This document shows positions 16,501-26,100 of a stretch of DNA of 47,413 nucleotides, piece after piece. The translations under genes were made by a program, and so were the position numbers. The stretch is from NCBI GenBank assembly GCA_002269645.1, contig NIVC01004392.1, positions 1-47,413 of the forward strand, given 5' to 3'. The notes under the pieces are model-generated. The model did no database searches, was not told the origin of the DNA, and was given only the letters and a program-made list of their open reading frames with translations. This DNA comes from Macrostomum lignano. Lineage: Eukaryota. Within the stretch, counting starts at the first letter, position 1. Every line of letters starts with the position of its first letter.

Positions 16501-18871
16501 GTCCTTTCGCCCTGTGCAATCTAAACTAGAGACAGTACATGTTCGCCTCACACTACTCTTAGTAATTAAAGCCGCAAGTCAGCCTCGCTCACAGCCACAA
16601 AGGATCCCCTGCTGAGAAATCCTCCAGATTGAGCCCAGAGTTCCCGATCATACCCAGTCTGGGACAGTCTGGTGCTGGAGGTCCGTCAGGTCATTGCCTG
16701 GTCATAGGCAGCCTACGGTCATTGCCCCCTCTGGTCATGCGTTCGTCTCTCAACGGAGCGGACGGGCGACAAGGGCGGTTACATCAAATGTACGAAATAA
16801 AGCAATAGAAATAAGCGATGTAAATTCCAGTTTACCATCAGTAATGACGCTGCCCCATCCAGCTATGAAGCACGAGTCTCCAGGCTTAGCGGCTTGGCCG
16901 GGGTCTTCCAGGCAGGCGGGTTGAGCATACTCGGACAGTGGCACCGGGCGACTCAGTTTGAGCAAAGCCATATCCTGGTGGTACGGCTCAGCATTTGGGC
17001 TGGCTATCGGCGGTAGTGAATGGGTTTTATGGACATATTTTTGATGCACGTGTAGGAAACAATTACTTGGTTGGATCTTGTCTTTCACATAAATCATCTT
17101 GCAAAGGTTCCTCTGATAACTTTGATAGGCGATAGAGAACTGTCATAGTGCAACAATAATACACGCAAAAGTGCCTATCATACATTTCGAACTACTCTTA
17201 CCTTCGTAAATTGGAGATAGAAATATCTTCTCAATCGGGATTTCCAGCTCCGTGTTGTCCTCTTGCAGTATTTCGTGCTCTCCGATGACAGCTAACCAGT
17301 CTTTGGGGTTACTTTTTGTCAGATATCTGACTATATTCCTGTATAAGGAAAGGTAGATGGGTGAAGTTCTGGGAAAATGACAAATGACAAGTGAATGTAC
17401 TTTTACGCTCGTAAGCCTCGTGTACAGTCGTCTTACTATCGCCCCTGTGCAGTCGTGTCTAAATCGCCCCATTGAATTATGTCAAATTCGCCCCATTCAG
17501 GCCTGTCTAAATCGTTCCATTGAATCGTGTATAAATCACTCAATTCAGGGATGTCTAAATCGCCTCATTCAGGCCTGTCTAAATCGCCCCACTGAATCCT
17601 GTCTAAATCGCCTCATTCAAGCCTGCCTAAATCGTCCCATTGAATCGTTTCTAAATCGCCCCATTCAGGCCTGTCTAAATCGCCCCATTCAGGCCTGTCT
17701 AAATCGCCCCATTCAGGCCTGTCTAAATCGCCCCATTCAGGCCTGTCTAAATCGCCCCATTCAGGCCTTTCTAAATCGCCCTATTAAGGCCTGTCTAAAT
17801 CGTCCCATTGAATCGTTTCTAAATCGCCCCATTCAGGCCTGTCTAAATCGCTCTATTAAGGCCTGTCTAAATCGCCCGCGATTTAGGCGATTTATGTCTA
17901 AATTGTTTCATTTAATCGTGTCTAAATCACTCCATTCAGGGTTGTCTAAATCGTCCAATTGAATAGTGTCTAAATGGCTGCATTCATTCCTGTCTAAATC
18001 GCCCCATACTCACATACCCAATCAAAATACTCACCTGTCATCTTTACGATACTCAACCGTGCCATCCTTAAAGCAGTGCCTCGCCGACAGAACCCATCTA
18101 GGTGAGATGAGCGCGCCGCCGCAAATATGATTCTTGTGCGGAACACCAGCAGTTGTGGCAACGAAATCGTAAAATTCGAGGTATCTACTGCGCAGCGACA
18201 CCATCCATGGCCACTCCCCGTGTCTTGACTCCCGGCCGTTGACGATTCGCTTGCCTGCGAGCCGCTCTGAGTCGTCGTCAGAGCGTCGCGGCTTCCTGGC
18301 GTCGATGCTTAAAGATTTATAGCAGACTGCCGGCCGGCTTCTGGCTGCAGGCAGTGGAAGAGAACGGCTAGCTACCGCCTACCGGTATCAATATGTTAGC
18401 TAGTTAAGAAGGTGCTGCAGTCATTCAAGCAGTGAGTGGTTGTGAGATGAGAGAAGATAAGAAGAGAGAGTAAAGGAGAGGAGAGATGAGAAAAGAGAAT
18501 ACGGAGTAAAGAAGTATGGGAGTTGAAAATAGGCACAAACCTCAAGCAGGTCGGATTGTTATTTTGAAGTTTCAAAGGACCCGATGACCGGATAGGGAGG
18601 CTTCGCGGACCGGAACGTTCCGATCCTTACACTAACGGGTTGGCAACGAGCTAGTTTACATGGCTAGTTGGCGCAAGTTACAGCGGTTCAAAGGAACCAG
18701 TTTGAATGTGATGAATAAAATGAGGCACTAATTACTTACAAATACAAAAAGGTAAAATAGTAAAACGCGATGCAATTAGAGCAAGTTCTGACCTCTATAT
18801 GACGGCACCGAGGCTTCAGTCGAATGAACAACAATGAAAACGGCAACAACAAGCAGCAGTTTTGCTGCCAT
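13574..18871 (-). CDS. Trypsin-family (S1A) serine protease zymogen 2, tandem paralog of protease 1; 6 exons
   Basis: Exons 18871-18793, 18344-18035, 17338-17202, 17003-16836, 14795-14647, 13741-13574, phases compatible. Signal peptide [74 protein letters not shown]. The last two exons have the same lengths as in protease 1 (149 and 168 nt). AATAAA on the - strand at 13516-13521. Confidence 0.93.
13840..14470. repeat. 23-bp minisatellite (GAATCGTGTCTAAATCGCCCATT)n in the last intron of protease 2
   Basis: Roughly 25 units ending in CTAAATTGCTCCATACTCAC. Same family as 17448-18013. Confidence 0.95.
14846..16295 (+). mobile_element. Putative solo-LTR-like insertion with a Pol II promoter cluster, in intron 4 of protease 2
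   Basis: Begins TGTGA and ends TCACA. Contains TGACTCA three times, TGACGTCA, CCAAT, TATTTAA and a downstream GTAAGT donor. No target-site duplication found and no coding homology. Confidence 0.35.
15693..15783 (+). promoter_or_regulatory. AP-1 / CRE / CCAAT / TATA-like promoter module, antisense to protease 2
   Basis: TGACTCA 15693-15699, TGACGTCA 15703-15710, CCAAT 15723-15727 and TATTTAA 15777-15783, in canonical order and spacing. Confidence 0.45.
17448..18013. repeat. 23/24-bp minisatellite (TCAGGCCTGTCTAAATCGCCCCAT)n in intron 2 of protease 2
   Basis: Mixed 24-bp and 23-bp units ending in CTAAATCGCCCCATACTCAC. It explains the (IQACLNRP)n ORF. Confidence 0.95.
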
Positions 18872-19527
18872 TTTCTTCAAAAAAAAATTGACGTCTCTTT
18901 AAATCAAAAGACTCAGGAGGCTTATATATTTCTATTGACACTTACTTATTTCTCTCAGCAGGCTGTAGCCCAGCGTCTACTTACGAGCGTATAACATCCA
19001 AAATCAATTCAAATTTATTAGGACCCCAAGCCAATTGGAAATGGTCCAACGAAGGGTTGGGAAAGCATTTTTCTGGAGATCAGATGTCGAAAAATCTCCT
19101 GCTACGAGCTAGAATCGTTGGCAGGGTTCGTTTTTCGCGATAGATTAAAGAAGGTTAGTTCCCACAATCACGCGATTTAATTAGTTCCCTCCTGGCTTCA
19201 TCATTGTCGGCGCGTGACAGGAGCTAAATTGAAAAGTGAGACCTTTTTAATCTGGTTTCGGCTTCGAGATTCCCCTGAGCATGCATCCATTCCCATTGAA
19301 ATCTAGCCATGGACAACTAAAAGTAAAAAAGGACGTTGTACTCGGAAATCGTGAAAATTACTCTTGGAGGCTCAGTTTTCGATGCATTTGTTTAGTTTTT
19401 TGTACTAAATCCTCACTATCGCACCCTTTAAGCCTTTAAAATGCTCTGAGTTAATGGAACATCAATGAGTTTCATTGAACGAAGTCCCAGGTGTATCAAG
19501 CTATTTTTTCAATGATAATAACTGATT

Positions 19528-19808
19528 ACACCTGCTCTGATGGCCAGATGTGCAACCGACAGCTCACCCGCAGCTATTGCGCATCGCATCTGAAGGCTGC
19601 GTACGGCTGTTCAGTCCAAGGACTGGGGGGTCACCACACAACCCTCAATTACCTCAGCTAATGCTGGCACCCATTTTACAGCTGGGTGAACTGAAGCAAT
19701 GCAGAGTTAGGTGCCTTGCTTAAGGACACGAATTGCTCGAGTGGGATTGGGAATCGAACCCTTGACCTTCAAGTCGTGAGTCCGACGCTCTGACGACTGG
19801 GCTACAGC
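19528..19808 (-). mobile_element. tRNA-derived SINE with CORE(MIR)-like central domain, copy A
   Basis: The - strand reads GCTGTAGCCCAGTCGTCAGAGCG (A box), GGTTCGATTCC (B box), then GTGTCCTTAAGCAAGGCACCTAACTC...CAGCTGTAAAATGGG, resembling the CORE motif. Highly similar to 27971-28250. Confidence 0.85.
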
Positions 19809-20882
19809 AGGACTCGACTGCAGGAAATTTAGAATGGAAATTTTGGTCTGCTTTTCTCAATGGAAATTGATTGTTGGCAATTGTTAGTGCTTAAATTTCA
19901 ATGTCCTTTTTATAGCTATTTTGTCTTGGAATCGAACTTTGAGTCGATAATAAAGATAGCCGTCTTCTCTTTCAACTTCTGCTTTCGAAATATACATTCC
20001 GATAGGTAACTCAATTCACTCTTTTTCGTTAGTGAACTTCTTCCTTTGCTCAAATTATATAAAATGTCAATACTCCATACGCATTTGTATGAAAGACCTG
20101 TCAATTATGACAAACGTAAAATGCAGAATTCTTTTGAAAAACCTATGTCTCAGAAAAATATTTTGTCCTTAAAAAGAACTACAAGTATTTGGCTGGATGT
20201 TGTCTCAAAATCTGAATTTTTAAAACACACCCGCGGATCGTGCAGTCTGCCGGCAATAAGGTTTTCCTCGGATTTTATTGGAACAACAGTTTTCTTCGCA
20301 GCGGCTCACGAGTACAGCTCCTGATCTGATGCTCCGTGATCCAGTGAATGGACATTCTGAGCTCGCATCTCAGCACTTGCTCAGCAGGGGGCCTAGAATT
20401 TTGCTTCTTATGGGGTAGAAACAGATTTTGGATACGCCAGAGGCTCCGGCAGTCCTCCTTGATTCGGAGGTAATGAAGATAATCCTACAAAAAGTATCTG
20501 AAATCTTATTAACTAGATTACTGGTTGGCTTTGGATAATCCCTGGGCAATAGCAAATTCATTTATTGCAACGTAAATCTGTTTTGGTGCTCCTGACAGCT
20601 AATTAGCAATGGAGCGACAAAATTGTTAAATTTGAGTCAGTCATTTAGCATTTTCAGAACACCTCGACCAGTGGTTCAGAGATCGAATTTATCAACACGA
20701 GAAGGGATGTTAAGCAAATTTTTCCATTGGCTGTACACAGGCTAATGCAGTTGAATAGTCTACCAACGACACCTTTTGTAGCAGCGAACAAATAGTAAAT
20801 TAACCTGAGATTCAGGTTGCCAAGGCTGGCATCTGCAACTGCCAAGCATAGTCGTTTATCTTTGGTCGCACTAACTGGAGGG

Positions 20883-21175
20883 CTTGACTTACTTGACTTA
20901 GCTGCAGGGCGGTCCGAAGACGCAGCGGGGAGGCGAGCGTCGCCCATTCCGCTAATCCCTGAAAGACCCGCATAGGCTAGGGCGCAGGGCCCGTCAGGGT
21001 GGTCTGCCGGTCCTGTCTGCAGCGTTGTCTTCGGTGGGGAAGACGGAGGCTCGTTTGGTGGCCCGGACGGAGCAAGCGTCGTCTAGGGACGGGTTGGGCC
21101 CAAGGTGGTTGAGCCGGTCTCTGTTGAAGGCCGGGCAGTAGCAGACGAAGTGCTTGGCGTCTTCGTGTGCTACTG
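20883..21175 (-). mobile_element. 5'-truncated LOA/R1-like LINE 3' end, copy 2, with short tandem tail
   Basis: The - strand encodes HEDAKHFVCYCPAFNRDRLNHLGPNPSLDD. The 3' UTR has TTAGCGGAATGGGCG...CCTCCCCGCTG and ends TAAGTCAAGTAAGTCAAG. Confidence 0.75.
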
Positions 21176-21455
21176 GAGGGCTAAACGCGACTGACTCTTG
21201 CAACACGACCCCTGGTTCGATTCCTTGAGCATGAAAATTTGCCGGGTCGATTTACACTCATGAGGGCCAGCCCACAGAGGCACACAGAGTGTATGATTAG
21301 AAAATCAGGGACGCTGTGTGAGCGTGTGCATGAGTGCGTGCCTGCGCACATTATGTGCTCAGGAGTCAGCGGAATGGGCAGAATTGCCTTGAGCGTTGGG
21401 TTGTGCGTCTGTTGACACATGCGAGCAGATGTAATTATAATTAGGAGCCATAGGA

Positions 21456-21640
21456 GCTGTAGCCTAGTGGTTAGAGCGTCGGACTCAGGACTTTTCGAAA
21501 CGGTTTTTGTCCTTGAGCAAGACATTTAACTCTCAATTTCTTCAGTTAACCCAGCTGTAAAATAGGGTACCAGCATTAGCTGGGGTAATTGAGGGAGTTT
21601 GTGGCGATCCACCTAGTTTTTGGACTGTAAAGCTGTGCCC
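21456..21640 (+). mobile_element. tRNA/CORE-like SINE, copy C (internally deleted, 3'-truncated)
   Basis: GCTGTAGCCTAGTGGTTAGAGCGTCGGACTC...GTCCTTGAGCAAGACATTTAACTC...CCCAGCTGTAAAATAGGGTACCAGCATTAGCTG aligns with copies A and B. Confidence 0.8.
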
Positions 21641-23195
21641 GTCCTGGGAGCTCTGAGCACCGTTGCCACCATACACAAAAGCTTAATTACTTTGAAAAAC
21701 ATATCTTGCATCATGTTGCATTAAACTCAATGCGTGTAAGCTTAAATAGGCTACAAAAAGCTATAAAAACGAGAATATAAGAGGGGCCTTCATGCCGCAG
21801 AATACGTATGCTTCAATTGCTTACATACGGCTGTCTAAGAAAATTTTAATCGAATGTTAAATCATTACCGGATTCTTGTTGTCATTACCGATTGCATTAT
21901 TACCGCAATCGGTAAGACTCATTACCGGATTCTTAAGACCATGCATCGAGTCTTAAGCTTTCACTAAAATGAATTAAAAGACGAACTATTAAAAAAAACT
22001 TTATCAGCAAATATTTTCTGTCTTAACGAACCTACCAGCAGATTGCTAAAAAGATATTCGTCATTGATCCAACTAGATCTCCGCAATCAGTCATGAGACA
22101 GTTTTAATTAGCAATGAAAAGAAGGTTATTAATGAAGACATACAGTTAAAGAGTATCAGATTAATCAATGTTACTACTCACTGCAAGCAAGCATTAGACT
22201 TGTACACATGGTGATCCTAGTGCAGATTCTAATTAATTATCTGAGCGCGCTCAAAGTTCTGACGCAAAATGAAGCCTTTTGCAATGCTCTCTGATAAGTT
22301 AGCGAGAGTCGAATCCGAATAGAGTTAAAAAGCGCAAAACGTGACTAAAAATGCGCAAACACCATGTACGAGGTAAAAATTTTATAGCATTGAATTTAAA
22401 CATTCAAGAATTCCGAATTAACGAAGAAATATTTAATAAGGCATAAGATCTCATGGACAACTAGAGCAGTTGGATTGCAGTTGTAGTTGTAATTAGCTAG
22501 CATAGCAAAATGTAACACGCCTGCATGGCTTTTTAGCGACGCCCACTCGTGCGCTTGCACTCTTGCAATCGGTGCAGAATTATGATTCATGAACGTATAT
22601 AGCAAAAAGCACTCGTGCGCGAAGAATCGTTCCAGTGCTGCACCGCCAGCCGTTCTTTTGTGCCTAATTAAGTGAGCATTTACCCTAGACAATTTCATCG
22701 AGCGGCCTGCCGTGAATTTCAACTTCGTTTTGACATCAGGTTTTGCCATAGACCATAATGGGTAGAGAAAACTAGACTAAGAAAAATACAGTCGAGGCGA
22801 TTCTGGATAAAATATTGCTAAAAATGGAGAAATTTCTATCAAATTAATTGCAAGATCGAGTCCTACTACTTTAGTCGTGCATTAAAAAGCTAAAAGCGTA
22901 AAATTAAAATAAAATTTGTATCCGATTAAAGTTCAATAGCCAATTGCAACTCGATAACTTAGAATAAAAAAAATTCGTGACGTTTTCGCGAATTTCGTCA
23001 GCGTGCAAAATGTCAAATTTCAGATTCGGAATGGAGGGAAAGGGCGAGGATGTGGGTCTATCCTTACTTCCCGTGTCTAGCAATGTCTTTTTTTCTTTGA
23101 AAAAATACTTTTCCTGACGTTTCAAGCATTGAATCAACTCTAGAGGACTGTGTTTTTTTACTACGACCCTAATTTTTTTCGTTTGAGTTACAGTG

Positions 23196-26100
23196 TTACA
23201 GTCCATCGGCTTCGATGCAAAGTGGCGCCCGCTTTTCAGCCAGGTCGAGAGTATAGGAGCTGTTGTCGACCCGGACTCGGTTGTTGAGTGGCTCCGCCTG
23301 CTCGGCAGGTTCTGGCTTCTTGTTGGTGCACAGATTGATTGCCAGTCTGATTTGGGCAGCGCAGAGCTGCTTGAAAGAAGTTTGCTGCAGAGAAGTTAGG
23401 ATTTGGAAATTTCAGGTTTGTTAAAGAGCTACTATTAGTAGGCAGCGATTGTAAATTATGCTATTATTAGTTTATAATTTACAATACAAATGTAGTTAAA
23501 GGCCGTCTCTGAGGCCTCAAAAACTCCGGAGTTTAGACCATAGACACTAGCTGCTGCCAATGCTTGAGAGCAGCAGAAGCTACAGTCTATGGTCTTAACT
23601 CCGGGACTCTGGCGCCGCTGCTCCGAGACGGGTGGAGTGGCCCATCTAGGTAATATAAAATCTTGTGGTTTAGACAGTATATGGAAGACAAGAGGCCAAA
23701 GTTGCTCAGTTATAACATGATTGGCTCTAGCGTGGGGGGTTTCACTAGGCCGAAATTTCACTTTGCCGAAAGCATCTTCCTTCACAATGCCGAAACTTCA
23801 CTAGGCCGAAACTTCACTTTGCCGAAATGACTAGCACGCTCATTCATAAGGCCGAAACTTCACTAGGCTGAAACTTCACATTGCCGAAAAATCATTTTAG
23901 CAGCCTCCTTCACTAGGCCGAAACTTCACTAGGCACTTTTTCGGCAATGTGAAGTTTCGGCCTAGTGAAAGAGGCTGCTAAAATGATTTTTCGGCCTAGT
24001 TTCGGCCTAGTGAAAGAGGCTGCTAAAATGATTTTTCGGCCTAGCGAAGTTTCGGCCTTATGAAAGAGCGTGCTAGTCATTTCGGCAAAGTGAAGTTTCG
24101 GCATAGTGAAGTTTCGGCCTAGTGAAAGAGGCTGCTTTTCGGCAAAGTGAAATTTCGGCCTAATGAAAGCGCCCCTCCTAGCGTCAAAGACCCAGTAGTT
24201 CGTTCCGTGCGCTGCTTCATGTACGCACACACATGAGGCTTAAGCCCAAAGATGGATGCGGGGATCTCATCGCTTTAATTGACTTCTATTTGATAGCATC
24301 ATACCTGATCTGTAGCTACGTGACATACCGAAAGAAAACGAAAGACAACTATGGAAGAGTTTCTAAATTTCTTGAAAAAAGAGCAAGTCAAACCTTGTTC
24401 CTTGAGGCCAGCACGCAGGACCGATAGATGAGTTCGGCGATGCAGAGAATCAGGGCCAGAGCCAGGCCCAGCAGCAGGGTGACGAACACCCCGCCAACCG
24501 AGTCAACATCCAGTGTGCCCATGTTGGACTGGTCTGACACGGTCTCGCTGCAAGGCTTGCCTGATATGTTGAATCTCTTCAGCCATCGGTCTGTCAGACC
24601 TTCGATCAGTTGCTCCTTGTGCAGCTGAAGAATAGCCTCGCTTAGTTTGTCTTTTAGAAGGTTGGCTGAAATTCATTGAATTTTTAATTGCCATAAAAGA
24701 GGACAAAAATCACTAAAATGAAGCCATGAAATCGTTTTATCAACTTCATCACCATCTAGATCTTTGAAAAGCGCATGCATGACGGGTGATTGCTCTTAAA
24801 CTTGTAAAACTCAAAAAATTCTGAATCGAAAGCATTCCATAATCTAGGTCTGGTTCATCAAGCCAGTACAAGGGACAAGTGACAATGTGTCAACTAGAAG
24901 TGGCAATACAAATTGCCAATGGTCAGATAGTGTAAGTCAGAATTATCACTGTTCAACTTGTAATTTGTTAAACACGTGTTTTATGAAACCGAATCCCGCG
25001 GTCTTTGGCAAAGGGACATGCTTCTTGAAAACTACATAGATGAGTTATTTGCGATGACAATTTGAAAAGGCAAAGTTTTAAACCACAAACTACGTTTCTC
25101 AGCTATGTCAAGACTTCTCTAAAGTTTTAATAAAATATTCATTGGACCAGCATACTCAAATTTAGTTTTTGCAACTAGTCCCTTGTAATCATAAATCTCT
25201 CGTAAAATTGGTTCTTAGCTACTATGAGCAAGCAGCAACACTCACCTCCCTGTTGCACAGCGAACGCGTAACTACTCGGATTGAAGATGCCTCCGATCTG
25301 GGTGAGGTTGCAGTCTCTCTCCCTGTAATACTGATTGAACGTCGACTCGATCACGTAGGCATAGCCGCCCTTTCTCACTTTAGTGATGCCTTCGATGGTT
25401 TTCTTAACAAATGATTCATTTGTGGCGTTCCACAGCACCATCGATTCCCACATTCTGCGGTAGACTGGTATCTTTGAGTTCTGTTGGGGTGAATGTTGGT
25501 TTGCAGGCACAACAATGAAAGTTACTTAACGGCGGTAAAGTACGCAGCAAGCTTAACGATAGTCCTTAATCCTTCTCATGGACCTTTGTTAAACAGAGCT
25601 TTGTGATTTGTAGAATAGGATTGTCAACACTTTCTGTTGGACTCTGACTGACTCTGATCTGTTATGGACTGTGGGCTCTGGAGTCAGTGCTTGGGGTGGG
25701 TTCTTGGTCTGGTGAGGGTTTGCGTACTCTATGTACATCGTTGCTCATTCTCTATTCCATCGTGCATGCCTTATCTCTGTCACCCACCCCAATGCTATGC
25801 TGCGATGCTTATTAAATGTGTTTCTGATCTAAGCTTGACTTCAATAAACTTTTGTAACTACTGAGTGCTAAAGCTATTGACTTTCATTTGGTGTCGCAAG
25901 CAGGATGGCGCATGCCTGCATACGACCAGAATGTCTATTAAGATACGAGATCAACTGCCTCTGGAAAATTTGGACGAACTGCGAGCCTGGATAGAAGTGT
26001 TCGACGCTCAGGCGAGGTCCAAAGGAGTCAGAGACTAGGAGAACAACCTCGGCTTCGGCTTGACAGACGCATTTCTAGCATCGCTCGGCGTAAGTCAACT

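Noticed and set aside
19730-19808. tRNA gene-like sequence, also at 21456-21500 and 28180-28250
   Set aside because: The anticodon position differs between copies (CAC, CAG, CAT), the acceptor stem is not maintained, and each continues into a shared SINE body.
21878-21930. Small hairpin TTACCGATTGC...GCAATCGGTAA among ATTACCG repeats
   Set aside because: Too short to assign; likely a decayed transposon fragment.
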